A stretch of DNA of 47,835 nt from a virus (Duplodnaviria > Caudoviricetes). The translations under genes were made by a program, and so were the position numbers. The stretch lies in the IMG/VR virus record IMGVR_UViG_3300049436_000142, positions 1 through 47,835 of that record. One strand, 5' to 3'. The notes beneath the pieces are model-generated. The model saw nothing but the letters and a program-made list of their open reading frames with translations, was not told the origin of the DNA and ran no database searches. Every line of letters starts with the position of its first letter. The stretch's first letter is position 1. Of the stretch, positions 36,501-45,117 are shown piece by piece.

Positions 36501-36687
36501 CATCAAGCGAAACCTGAAGGTGGATTGGACCGAGCCGCACCGTGAGGATGTGAAGGCCGCTGTGAGAGCCGCGGTGCGACGTGTTCTGACGAAACAGGGC
36601 GTGAAGGCTGAGGACTTTGATCGGCTGATGCCCGTGCTGATGGCACAGGCGGAGGCGTTGTACGCGGAGTGGCCGATCGCGGCCTGA
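33541..36687 (+). CDS. hsdR: Type I R-M restriction subunit
   Basis: RRPD...NGLPLVLFELK, WHTTGSGKS, DEAHRSQYG, GFTGTP, QAISRVNR. Confidence 0.96.
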   Translation: MGWHGSESEFEYTTIERLKALGYTHVHGSELLAMRGGDEAEVVLKDRLRAFLTRRYGRTVTRPDGLPEAAIELAVAKFARPEGVDTLRRNAALHAMLRGGVEIAVEEPATKTTPARKRIAHVYAVDWEQPENNEFLVVNQLPVHGVRESGGAGTGNDRRPDVIVYVNGLPLVLFELKNPYDDQPTVADAINQIGHYRHEIPQLFDHNALCIASDGVTTLHGMWTANEEWYAPWKSIDGTSVERGTTGSMKTLVEGLLPKDRLLAYIRDFIVFEGATGGGAAGGASGGKIIKKGGKYHQFFAVRIGARKILESVAAGSADKRLGVIWHTTGSGKSLSMCFLVGMLRREPLLNNPTFVIQVDRTDLDQQLHDQFVAARSLVGDVKHAKSVEDLRSLLQTQGGEVIFTTIEKFALREGEAEHPVLSTRDNVIVIADEAHRSQYGFTKGFARWLGAALPNARRLGFTGTPVAFSGADTVEVFGDLVHVYDIRQSQDDKATVPIFYEPRQIKLHLNKTDVDGALAEIVEDAEGGAIDELERKKGQWAALAKAAGAKERIELLAADLLAHFKDRTATLKGKAMVVCMIRENCVRLYDALKALPGCPEIKVVMTGDLGKDPEAWSKAGHLTTKQQREAIKKRMIDADDPLSMVIVCDMWLTGTDIPCLHTLYVDKPMKGHTMIQAISRVNRVFSDKPHGLIVDYIGIGDELRAATAKYSAGGEDHGKPAGGLDEDARPLFAAALAEVRSFLPEGVNYGDWRRLSPIALEDRYAAVYGHLTSDDDLRDHFLDAELRLTSAFLLVKHLDDCRASADEVIFCQRVRKQLLKTIRGRGPTRDIEKAVRDLVDDTVESEGVVDIFKAAGITRADISILDDNFLQTFKDRPLPDLRLKLLEKLLADEIHMRAKKNLAKAKTFRELLEATLQKYHNRLIDAAAVIRAMIEIKKDMEASDQRAGQLGLAEDELAFYDAVAINYENVYGVDFLKGLIHDVVQSIKRNLKVDWTEPHREDVKAAVRAAVRRVLTKQGVKAEDFDRLMPVLMAQAEALYAEWPIAA

Positions 36688-36714
36688 GGAGTGATTTGTG
36701 AACGGACGCCAGAC

Positions 36715-37077
36715 ATGAGCAAGAAACAACCAGCCTTTGGCGAGCTCATCCGCGAGAAGCGGCTCGCGAAGGGTCACAGCCTGCGGAAGTTCGCGGAGCT
36801 CATCGACGTGAGCCCAACCTATCTCTCGCTCGTCGAGCAGGGAAAGGTGGAGAGCCCTCCGACCGCCGAGCGGGTGCGTCGGATGGCGGAGGTCCTCGGA
36901 GAGAACCCAGATGAGCTGATGTCATTGGCCGGCCGGATGCCGGAGGATCTTCGCGGAATCATCCAGAGCGAGCCGGAAGAGATGCCTCAGTTGTTGCGGG
37001 CGGCAAAGGGTTTGACGGCAGACCAGTTGAAGGCACTGTCGGCGCAGGCCAAGAAGATGCAGAAAGAGGAGCAATGA
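36715..37077 (+). CDS. XRE-family HTH repressor
   Basis: FGELIREKRLAKGHSLRKFAELIDVSPTYLSLVEQG. Confidence 0.92.
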   Translation: MSKKQPAFGELIREKRLAKGHSLRKFAELIDVSPTYLSLVEQGKVESPPTAERVRRMAEVLGENPDELMSLAGRMPEDLRGIIQSEPEEMPQLLRAAKGLTADQLKALSAQAKKMQKEEQ

Positions 37078-37784
37078 TGGGGCGACCGCCTGCCAAGACC
37101 GAACGTGTGCCGTGGTTGCGCGATGAGAACATCGAGGCCGAAGCCGAGACGCTCTTTGCGCTGTGGCAGAAGGCCCACGGCGAGGTCTCCGAACCCCCGG
37201 TTCCCGTCGATGAAATGATCGAGCTGCAGCTCAACCTGCGGTATGAAATAGATGACCTGCAGAAGCGATTCGGTCACGGCGATGTGCTGGGAGCGATCTG
37301 GTTCAAGGAGCAGCTTATCCGAGTCGACCGGAGCCTTGATCCCGTCGAGCATCCGCGCATGCTGGGACGCTACCGGTTCACGCTCGCCCATGAGATCGGC
37401 CACTGGCAGCTTCACCGGAAGGTCTTTCTCCGCGACGAGACACAGATGTCTCTGACATCCGCAGCGGATGCGCCCGCGTTCGTGTGCCGCTCGACCGATC
37501 AAGCGCGTGAAGAGGTGCAGGCGAACATGTTCGCGGCGTACCTGCTCATGCCGCGTGACCTCGTTCGCCGTGCGTGGATCAAGTGGCGTCGCGCCGATGA
37601 CGTGGTGTGTGTGCTTGACCTTGACGCGCCAACGTCCTCCGGAGGTGTGAAGGCACAGCAGGACGCTGCGATGCAACGCTTCTCGAAGCCATTCGCTGAG
37701 CAGTTCCATGTGTCTGCGGAGGCCATGAGCTACCGCCTGGAGGCGCTTGGGCTCCTCACTCGTGATCGATCCCTGTTTGGTTGA
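37074..37784 (+). CDS. ImmA/IrrE-family metallopeptidase
   Basis: RFTLAHEIGH, EVQANMFAAYLLMP, FHVSAEAMSYRL; coupled to the XRE gene. Confidence 0.93.
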   Translation: MMGRPPAKTERVPWLRDENIEAEAETLFALWQKAHGEVSEPPVPVDEMIELQLNLRYEIDDLQKRFGHGDVLGAIWFKEQLIRVDRSLDPVEHPRMLGRYRFTLAHEIGHWQLHRKVFLRDETQMSLTSAADAPAFVCRSTDQAREEVQANMFAAYLLMPRDLVRRAWIKWRRADDVVCVLDLDAPTSSGGVKAQQDAAMQRFSKPFAEQFHVSAEAMSYRLEALGLLTRDRSLFG

Positions 37785-37850
37785 ACCCCCAGTGTTCTTG
37801 TGCGCAGTGCGTTTACTGTTCACGGGACATGGACAATTGGAGGCCCTGAA

Positions 37851-39026
37851 ATGGCCAAAGACTTCGATCCGCGTCGCATCCTCCGCAAGATCTCCAACTC
37901 GCTCACCCGCGTGTGCTTCGAGCGCGCCGGCGTGGTCGAAGGCATCCCTTGGGATGACCTGGGCGAGACCCAGGTCGAGCCCATCTTCGCCGCGTGGCAG
38001 AAGATGCCCGACGACAAGCGCCGGCTCGTCCAGCTCGTGCTCCAGGACATCAACGAACTGGCGGACGAGCGCGGCGTGAAGGTGCTGGTTGAGGAGATCC
38101 AGCGCATTGCGCCCGATCGCCTCGCCGAGTTCGACGCGATTGTCGGCCAAGCCGACCGCGCGATGTGGACGTACCTCAACATCAAGATGGCATTCGTCGT
38201 CGCCGCCTATTTCGCACGGGCGGAGGCCCTCTCCACGGGCCGCTACTGGATCACGCGGAACAGCCTACCGAAAGAGGCGATCGCGGTGGATGATTCCCAC
38301 AGGGCGGCGCTGAAGGCGGCGCTGGCTGAGTTCTACTGGGATCGCCAGCTGCGCGGCAAGATCTGCGAGATCGAGCACTACACGAGGATCGGCGGCAGCG
38401 AGTACTTCTTTGCCTATCTCGATGACTACCCCGATGACCCGGTGGTCTTCGACGACACCGGGCATCTCGTGCGGAGCAAAGAGCGGCGCGTGTTCGACAA
38501 CGTCTTCGTGTTCAACCCCAGCGATGGGACGCTCGATGTGTACGCCAAGGGCGGGAAGAAGGTGTACGAGCCCCTCCAGCAGAAGTTCTGCAAAGCCGTG
38601 CTTGGCGTCGACATCGGGCCCGCGGACCCGAAGCGCCCCGCATACGCGCTTGATCACCTGCTCAAGCCGGGCCGGAAGCTGCCCACCGATCCCAAGGATC
38701 GCATCGTTGCAGTCACCATCACCCGCGTGCGGGTGGAGCCGATCGACCGGCCCGGCGAATACATCGAGCTCGGGCTCAACCCAGAGCGAGGCATTCACCG
38801 GATCGATCAGGCGATCGCCGAATACCTGAACACCCAGCGGCTGACGCCAGACCGGCTGCGGGTGAAGCAGATGTCGTTCGAGTTGCGCTTCTCAGCGGAT
38901 GCACGCCCGCGCCCGCTGAGGTTTAGCGTCAGCTGCCCCAACTCCTGCGACCTCAAGAGCAAGCCGGACGAGCTGCGCGCCATCGGCGAGCGATGCCTGC
39001 GGCTGTGGGAGGTGACCCATGGGTGA
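37851..39026 (+). CDS. Hypothetical protein of the element
   Basis: ATG 37851 with GGAGG RBS; 391 aa of ordinary globular composition; no family recognised. Confidence 0.8.
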   Translation: MAKDFDPRRILRKISNSLTRVCFERAGVVEGIPWDDLGETQVEPIFAAWQKMPDDKRRLVQLVLQDINELADERGVKVLVEEIQRIAPDRLAEFDAIVGQADRAMWTYLNIKMAFVVAAYFARAEALSTGRYWITRNSLPKEAIAVDDSHRAALKAALAEFYWDRQLRGKICEIEHYTRIGGSEYFFAYLDDYPDDPVVFDDTGHLVRSKERRVFDNVFVFNPSDGTLDVYAKGGKKVYEPLQQKFCKAVLGVDIGPADPKRPAYALDHLLKPGRKLPTDPKDRIVAVTITRVRVEPIDRPGEYIELGLNPERGIHRIDQAIAEYLNTQRLTPDRLRVKQMSFELRFSADARPRPLRFSVSCPNSCDLKSKPDELRAIGERCLRLWEVTHG

Positions 39027-39969
39027 TCTCCTCTCCCGCCTTTGGGCGTGCTTCGACAGCACCGAGCCGCTCTTCTCCGCCAGCGAGGTGGCATCATGGC
39101 CGGACGGGCAGGCCCAGTGGCTCCAGGAGCGTGGGGTGCTCTGCGCCACAACGTCCGCCTCGCGCACGGCGTGTTCGTGCTGCGCTTCGGAGCATGTCGA
39201 GGATGTGCTCGAGGTTCCCGACGCCGACCCGCCGCGATTTTTCATTGCGTGCCCGGAATCGGTCACGGTTGAGGTTGATCCTGAAGCCCTGCGGCAATGG
39301 ACGATCGACGGTGACGCTGTCGCGTCGCTCATCGCGGCGGCACTTGGTCTTCAGGGACGCCCCACTCCGATCGAGCCGGGCCGTGTGTGGCGGCTCGGCA
39401 CAACCCGATGGCAGCAGACTTCCCGTGAGGTGTTGCTGGCCCGGGGGCTCGGTGCCGATGATGCCGCCCGCATTGCAGCTCACGCGGGCCAGGCTGGTCG
39501 GCCCATCGTACTGGTCAGCGGCCAAGAACCCCCCTCGCACGTCTGGCCCGGTCGGCCACCGGCGTGCGTCGCGCTGTCGCGGGTGATGTCGCACGATGCG
39601 ACAGGACTGCAGGCGGATGTCGTCTTGCTGCACGACCTGGTTCAGAAGGCCGACGAGCTTCAGGCACAGTTGGAGCTCTTGCCGCTTGACCCAGCCGGCA
39701 AGAAGCGCCTTCTGCGCCGGCATGCCCAGGCTGCTGCAGCATCCAACCAGGAGGACGAGGTGCTGGTCGGCGCTTACCAGGCATGCCTTTCGTACCGCGA
39801 AGCAGCCAAGGTGCTCTCGGCACGCTTGAAGACGAAGATCACCAAGGACAAGGTCAAGCGCGCCGTGGACCGGGCCGGCGGCCCCGCCGTCGTGATCAAC
39901 GGAGCCAACAGCAACTCGGTGGTTCGGACTGTCGCGTCGCACCGACGCGACAAAGGCGGGAGATTCTGA
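39019..39969 (+). CDS. Hypothetical protein with a Cys cluster and probable C-terminal HTH
   Basis: Overlaps the upstream stop; CSCCASEH...FIACPE; C-terminal SYREAAKVLS...KDKVKRA. Confidence 0.75.
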   Translation: MGDLLSRLWACFDSTEPLFSASEVASWPDGQAQWLQERGVLCATTSASRTACSCCASEHVEDVLEVPDADPPRFFIACPESVTVEVDPEALRQWTIDGDAVASLIAAALGLQGRPTPIEPGRVWRLGTTRWQQTSREVLLARGLGADDAARIAAHAGQAGRPIVLVSGQEPPSHVWPGRPPACVALSRVMSHDATGLQADVVLLHDLVQKADELQAQLELLPLDPAGKKRLLRRHAQAAAASNQEDEVLVGAYQACLSYREAAKVLSARLKTKITKDKVKRAVDRAGGPAVVINGANSNSVVRTVASHRRDKGGRF

Positions 39970-40184
39970 AAATCGTGCAGGTGCCGTGAAAACAGGCCTC
40001 TGCGCGTTGTTCGACATCGATGGTGTGCGTCGCGGGGCGTTCAGAACCGCGACACCGGCCGGTGGGTCCGAGGGCCACGAGGGCCATAACCCGCCGGTCG
40101 CTACAAGCTCGTGAATGTCTGCGGCGTGCGCTGCGACGCGAGATTGGCACGGACGGGTGATGGCTCCGGCCCCGGAGGTCACCC

Positions 40185-40763
40185 GTGACCAACGGCGCAT
40201 CACTGAACGACCAATACATCCGCACACTCATCCTGATCAAGGCCCGCAGCCTGATGAAGTCCCCGGCCTTCCGGGGCGTCGAACGCGACGACGTTCTGCG
40301 TGACCTGACGCTCATCCTCGCCAAGCGGCTCGGCCAGTTCGATCCCGAGCGGGCCCAGCTTCGCACGTTCGTGTCCCGCGTTCTGGACTCAGCCGCGATC
40401 ACCCTGCTTCGGGCTCGCCAGCGTGAGAAGCGCTCCGGCGACCACGGCATGGCTTCTATCGAGAGGCTTCGGGAGAGCCAGACCACGGATCCGGTCACCG
40501 GCTCAGCAGCGGTCGGGGAGGCCGATGCGGCTCGCCGCCTTGGGCGTGAGGTCCGCTCCCCCATCGATGAGTTCCATCTCAATGACTCGATCCGCGAAAT
40601 CGTGGCGGCGCTGCCCCCAGATCTCGCCGACTTGTGCCGTGCGCTCCAGGAAGACTCCGCAGTGTCGACGGCTCGCGGCCTGGGCATTTCTCGTCGCCAG
40701 CTGCGCAAGCGCATCGCCGAGCTCCGCGTGCGGTTTGCCGCCGCGGGCTTCAAGCCAATGTGA
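40185..40763 (+). CDS. Sigma-70/ECF-like sigma factor
   Basis: Region 2-like DDVLRDL...FDPERAQLRTFVSRV; region 4 HTH TARGLGISRRQLRKRIAELR; GGAGG RBS before GTG. Confidence 0.75.
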   Translation: MTNGASLNDQYIRTLILIKARSLMKSPAFRGVERDDVLRDLTLILAKRLGQFDPERAQLRTFVSRVLDSAAITLLRARQREKRSGDHGMASIERLRESQTTDPVTGSAAVGEADAARRLGREVRSPIDEFHLNDSIREIVAALPPDLADLCRALQEDSAVSTARGLGISRRQLRKRIAELRVRFAAAGFKPM

Positions 40764-40768
40764 CCAAA

Positions 40769-40808
40769 GCGGACAGCGGCCCTGCGGACGGCGTATGTAG
40801 CCGGGGAG
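40769..40808 (+). promoter_or_regulatory. Bipartite promoter-like motif, copy 2 (upstream of the replication operon)
   Basis: GCGGACAGC-N12-GGCGTATGTAGCCGGGGAG, 5 nt after the sigma gene stop. Confidence 0.7.
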
Positions 40809-40839
40809 CAGCACCCCAGTTTGCAGCGAGGAGTTCACC

Positions 40840-41142
40840 ATGACCACCGGCGTGTACCGCTTTACCTTCGACAAGGACATTGCCCTCACCGACGCGGAAG
40901 CAACGCTGCACCTGGCGATGATCGCCGCCGAGGGGCTCTTCGGCAATGCCATCGTTCGAATGGACGTGAGCTTCGCGGCGGACCAGGCGGGTCGAAGCCT
41001 GAGCGTCGACGGCACAACGCCGGTGGGCGCAGCGGTCGTCCGAATGTTCACCTCGCTGATGCTCCGCGAGTTCGGCGAGGACGCCTTCACCGTCCGACGC
41101 GTGAAGGCGTCCTCGGCCGAGCCCACGGCGGCCGCCGCGTGA
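40840..41142 (+). CDS. Hypothetical protein, first gene of the replication operon
   Basis: GAGGAG RBS; 100 aa; REFGEDAFTVRRV. Confidence 0.8.
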   Translation: MTTGVYRFTFDKDIALTDAEATLHLAMIAAEGLFGNAIVRMDVSFAADQAGRSLSVDGTTPVGAAVVRMFTSLMLREFGEDAFTVRRVKASSAEPTAAAA

Positions 41143-41240
41143 TCACACCACTTCCGCTCGTCCGCCTCGGCCAAGGCGCATTCACCCGCGACATCTGGCC
41201 TGAGGACATCGATCCCACTTTCTGCAATCACGGAGATTCC

Positions 41241-42065
41241 ATGCCCACAACCGCAACCGCAACCCCCCACACCCTCATGAACCAGATCAGCAAGGGCCGC
41301 AAGGCCCGCCCCCGCCGCGTGATGCTGTACGGCACGCACGGCATCGGCAAGAGCACCTTTGGCGCGATGGCCGAGAAGCCCATCTTCGTTCCCACCGAAG
41401 ACGGCCTGGCCGACATCGACTGCGAGTCGTTCCCGCTGGCCCGCAGCCTCGGCGAGGTGATGGCGGCGCTCGAGTCCCTGTACTCGGGCGACCACGACTA
41501 CCGCACAGTCGTCATCGACAGCCTTGATTGGCTCGAACGCCTCATCTGGGGCGAAGTCTGCGCCGACGAGAGCGTCGAGAACATCGAGAAGATCGGGTAT
41601 GCGAAGGGCTTCGCCTTCGCAGTCGACAAATGGCGGGCCGTGCTCGGGGCGCTCGATGCGCTCCGCAGCGATCGCGGCATGACGGTCGTGCTGATCGCCC
41701 ACGCGAAGATCGAGAAGTTCGAGAACCCCGAGACCGTGCCGTACGACCGCTACTCGCCGCGCCTGCACAAGCTCGCGTCGGCGCTCGTGCAGGAGTGGGC
41801 CGACGAGGTGCTCTTCGCCACGTACAAGGTCCACACCATCAAGGTCGACGAAGGCTTCAACAAGGCCAAGCACAACGGCGTTTCCACCGGCGAGCGGATC
41901 ATCCGCACCGTCGAGCGGCCAGCGCACGTCGCCAAGAACCGCTTGGGTCTGCCTGAAGAGATCCCGCTGGATTACCGCGTCTTCGCGGCGCTCGTTCGCG
42001 GCGAGGACCCCTCCGCCGCCGTCGCCACACCTGCCCCCACCACCGACAACACCGCTGCGGCCTGA
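41241..42065 (+). CDS. AAA_24-family ATPase (Sak4-like phage recombination protein)
   Basis: YGTHGIGKST, TVVIDSLDWLE, LIAHA, EWADEVLF, AKNR. ATG 41241 with GGAG RBS; an in-frame GTG at 41139 is also possible. Confidence 0.88.
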   Translation: MPTTATATPHTLMNQISKGRKARPRRVMLYGTHGIGKSTFGAMAEKPIFVPTEDGLADIDCESFPLARSLGEVMAALESLYSGDHDYRTVVIDSLDWLERLIWGEVCADESVENIEKIGYAKGFAFAVDKWRAVLGALDALRSDRGMTVVLIAHAKIEKFENPETVPYDRYSPRLHKLASALVQEWADEVLFATYKVHTIKVDEGFNKAKHNGVSTGERIIRTVERPAHVAKNRLGLPEEIPLDYRVFAALVRGEDPSAAVATPAPTTDNTAAA

Positions 42066-42124
42066 GCGCCGTTGCCGTTGTCCATCCCTCATCCGTCCAT
42101 CACCAATCGCAAAGGAACTGACTC

Positions 42125-42595
42125 ATGGCCACGCTGAACAACTTTGATGCAAACCAAGTTGACCCGTCCGTCGCGCTCGATCCGCTCCCCGCGGGCAAGT
42201 ACCTCGCCGTTGTCTCTGAGTCGGAGCTCAAGCCGACCAAGACCGGCGGCGGCAAGTACCTGCAGCTGACCTTCCAGATCATCGACGGCGAGTTCAAGGG
42301 CCGCCTGGTCTGGGCCCGCCTCAACCTCGAGAACAAGAGCGAGATGACCGTCAAGATCGCTCGCGGCGAGCTCTCGGCCATCTGCCGCGCCATCGGCGTG
42401 ATGCAGCCCAAGGACTCGGTCGAGCTGCACAACGTCCCGCTGGAGATCAACGTCGGGCTGAAGAAGCGCGACGACAACGGCGAGTTCACCAACGTCATCA
42501 AGGGCTACGCCAAGAAGGGCGGCGGCGGTTCGCCGGTGAGCGCTCGCGCTCCCGTCGGCGTCGGCCCGGGGAGCACGCCGCCCTGGAAACGCTGA
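42125..42595 (+). CDS. DUF669 phage ssDNA-binding-like protein
   Basis: PLPAGKY...YLQLTFQIIDGEFKGRLVW, C-terminal PPWKR; AAGGA RBS. Confidence 0.88.
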   Translation: MATLNNFDANQVDPSVALDPLPAGKYLAVVSESELKPTKTGGGKYLQLTFQIIDGEFKGRLVWARLNLENKSEMTVKIARGELSAICRAIGVMQPKDSVELHNVPLEINVGLKKRDDNGEFTNVIKGYAKKGGGGSPVSARAPVGVGPGSTPPWKR

Positions 42596-42987
42596 GTCCA
42601 TCCGGTCGCGTCCTCGAGCTCCCGTACCCGCCCAGTGTGAACCACATCTGGCGACGGATGGGCTCCAGGACCGTGCTGAGCCGCGAGGGGCGGCGCTACC
42701 GCGCAAGCGTGTGCGCCGCCCTCGCGGTGATGCGTGTGGTGCGGATGAACGGTCGGCTGGAGGTGCGTGTCACCGTCTGCCCGCCCGACAACCGCCGGCG
42801 CGACCTGGACAACGTGCAGAAGGCCCTGCTCGATGCCCTTGCCAAGGGCGGGGCGTACCGCGACGACTCGCAGATCGATCGGCTGGTTGTTGAACGTGGC
42901 CCGGTGATGCCGGGCGGCAAAGTGCTGGTGGAGATCACGGAGATCAGCAGGAAATGGAAGACGCCCACGCCCAAGGCAGTTCAGTGA
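42592..42987 (+). CDS. rusA: RusA-family Holliday junction resolvase
   Basis: LELPYPPSVNHIWR, PPDNRRRDLDNVQKALLDAL, DDSQID. The conserved N-terminus lies upstream of GTG 42637, implying a start near CTG 42592. Confidence 0.88.
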   Translation: MSPSGRVLELPYPPSVNHIWRRMGSRTVLSREGRRYRASVCAALAVMRVVRMNGRLEVRVTVCPPDNRRRDLDNVQKALLDALAKGGAYRDDSQIDRLVVERGPVMPGGKVLVEITEISRKWKTPTPKAVQ

Positions 42988-43367
42988 CCGGCCTCACTCC
43001 GAAGGCGCGCCGCGATCGTGTTCTCATCGGGGAGCCCGCCTGCGTACATCCGGCAGCCCATGATGGGCGCAGTTGGAACGGGGAGCCCGAAGAGGTCACG
43101 CCCGTTCACGAGCGCCGTCGGCGTGGGATACCCACGACGTATGTCGTTCTGCGGCAACGACTCCTGATCAACGTATACGACCTGCACGCCATCCAGTTGG
43201 CCAGACGCGGATTGGACGCGCCGCAGGAACTCGGGCGTGTTCGGGCAATCAGCAAAGCCCAGCACCTCAACCTGAGTCATGGCACTTCCCGTTTCTGCTC
43301 GGTTGGGCGATTGGCACGCGGAGAGCAACGCTGCCGCGAGCGCCAGGATTGGGGTGATAGCTCGCAT
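42981..43367 (-). CDS. Thioredoxin-like lipoprotein (CPN ... PT.LVNG.D.F ... CR.Y pattern)
   Basis: Lipobox LLSA-C; VEVLGFADCPN, GYPTPTALVNGRDLF, GCRMYAGGLP. Confidence 0.7.
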   Translation of the reverse strand: MRAITPILALAAALLSACQSPNRAETGSAMTQVEVLGFADCPNTPEFLRRVQSASGQLDGVQVVYVDQESLPQNDIRRGYPTPTALVNGRDLFGLPVPTAPIMGCRMYAGGLPDENTIAARLRSEAGH

Positions 43368-43411
43368 CGTGGGATTGTAGAGGGTGGCGGCTTGCAAGGA
43401 AGGCAGGCCCG

Positions 43412-45103
43412 ATGAACCTTCGACCCTACCAATCTGAATCGATCGCTGCGGTGTACGAGCACCTGCGGACCCGCGACGACAACCCCTGCGTGGTCATTCC
43501 CACCGGCGGTGGCAAGACGCCCGTGATCGCCACGATCTGCCGCGATGCGGTTGGCCACTGGGGCGGCCGCGTCGTGCTGCTGGCGCACGTGAAGGAACTC
43601 CTCGAGCAGGCGGCCGACAAACTCCGCGTCATCGCGCCCGACGTGCCGATGGGCATCTACTCGGCGGGCCTCAAGCGCAAGGACCTCGGCTACGCCGTCA
43701 CGGTCGCGGGCATCCAGAGCATCTGGAAGAAGGCCTGCGACCTGGGGCCCGTCGATCTCATCATCGTCGATGAGGCGCACATGGTCCCCGCCGAGGACGA
43801 CGGCATGTACCGCCAGTTCATCGCCGACGCGAAGGTGGTGAACCCCAACGTCCGCATCATCGGGCTGACCGCCACGCCGTATCGCATGAAGTCCGGCTCG
43901 ATCTGCGCCGCGGAGAACATCCTCAACCACGTCTGCTACGAGGTCGGCGTCCGCGAGCTGATCGTGCAGGGCTTCCTGTCGCCACTCAAGACCAAGGCGG
44001 GGCTCCAGAAGATCAACACCGATGCCCTGCACGTCCGCGCTGGCGAGTTCGTCGCCAGCGAGGTCGAGGACCTCATGGACAAGGAGGGGCTCGTTGAGGG
44101 CGCGTGCGCTGAGATCGCCGAGCACACGAAGGACCGCAGCGCCACGCTGATCTTCTCCTCGGGCATCCGCCACGGGCAGCACATCGTCGATGTGCTCAAG
44201 ACCAAGCACGGGATCGAGTGCGGCTTCGTCACCGGCGATACGCCCGACGGCGCGCGTGCGGCGATCCTCGGCCGATTCCGTTCGGGCGAGCTCAAGTACC
44301 TGTGCAACGTGAACGTGCTGACGACCGGCTTCGACGCCCCGCACATCGACTGCGTGGCGCTGGTGCGGCCGACCATGTCGCCGGGCCTGTACTACCAGAT
44401 GGTGGGCCGGGGCTTTCGACTCCACCCGGGCAAGAACGACTGCCTCGTGCTGGACTTCGGCGGCAACGTGCTGCGTCACGGCCCAGTCGACGCGATCCGC
44501 ATCGCCACTGATGATCGCGGCGACGGCGAAGCGCCGGCGAAGGAGTGTCCGAACTGCCAGGCGCTCATCGCGGCGGGATACCAGACCTGCCCGCAGTGCG
44601 GCCACCAGTTCCCCGAGCCGAATCGACAGCAGCACGAGGCGAAGGCCAGCACCGAGGGCATCCTCAGCGGCCAAACCACGCGTGAGGAGCACCGCGTCAG
44701 CGAGACGACTTACCACGTGCACTACAAGCGCAGCGACCCCTCCGCGCCGCTGACCATGCGGGTTGAGTACCGCGTCGGCTTCAACCGCTTCTTCCGCGAG
44801 TGGGTCTGCTTCGACCACACCGGATACGCCCGCACGAAGGCGGAAGCTTGGTGGCGGGCTCGCTCGGTTGAGCCGGTGCCCGGAGGTACGGAGGAAGCGG
44901 TCGAGATGGCCAAGGCCGGGGCGCTCGCCCCGACGCTGTCCATCACCGTCGAGAAGAAGGCCGGCGACCAGTTCGAGCGCGTCACGCAGCATGTGCTCGG
45001 CGATAAGCCCCCGCGCCTGGACAGCGACGAAGGCTTGCCGGACCGTCCGCCGGAGCCCGCGGGCATGACGTACGGCATCCCCGAAGACGAAATCCCCTTC
45101 TGA
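43412..45103 (+). CDS. SF2 DEAD/DEAH helicase (RadD/YejH-like, phage type) with Zn finger
   Basis: LRPYQ, PTGGGKT, DEAH, GLTATP, TTGFDAP, QMVGRG, CPNC...CPQC. Confidence 0.93.
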   Translation: MNLRPYQSESIAAVYEHLRTRDDNPCVVIPTGGGKTPVIATICRDAVGHWGGRVVLLAHVKELLEQAADKLRVIAPDVPMGIYSAGLKRKDLGYAVTVAGIQSIWKKACDLGPVDLIIVDEAHMVPAEDDGMYRQFIADAKVVNPNVRIIGLTATPYRMKSGSICAAENILNHVCYEVGVRELIVQGFLSPLKTKAGLQKINTDALHVRAGEFVASEVEDLMDKEGLVEGACAEIAEHTKDRSATLIFSSGIRHGQHIVDVLKTKHGIECGFVTGDTPDGARAAILGRFRSGELKYLCNVNVLTTGFDAPHIDCVALVRPTMSPGLYYQMVGRGFRLHPGKNDCLVLDFGGNVLRHGPVDAIRIATDDRGDGEAPAKECPNCQALIAAGYQTCPQCGHQFPEPNRQQHEAKASTEGILSGQTTREEHRVSETTYHVHYKRSDPSAPLTMRVEYRVGFNRFFREWVCFDHTGYARTKAEAWWRARSVEPVPGGTEEAVEMAKAGALAPTLSITVEKKAGDQFERVTQHVLGDKPPRLDSDEGLPDRPPEPAGMTYGIPEDEIPF

Positions 45104-45117
45104 ACTAGGAGTACCGC

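Noticed and set aside
28354-36687. Type I R-M with RhuM as a novel defence system
   Set aside because: hsdM-rhuM-hsdS-hsdR arrangements are common and all subunits look canonical.
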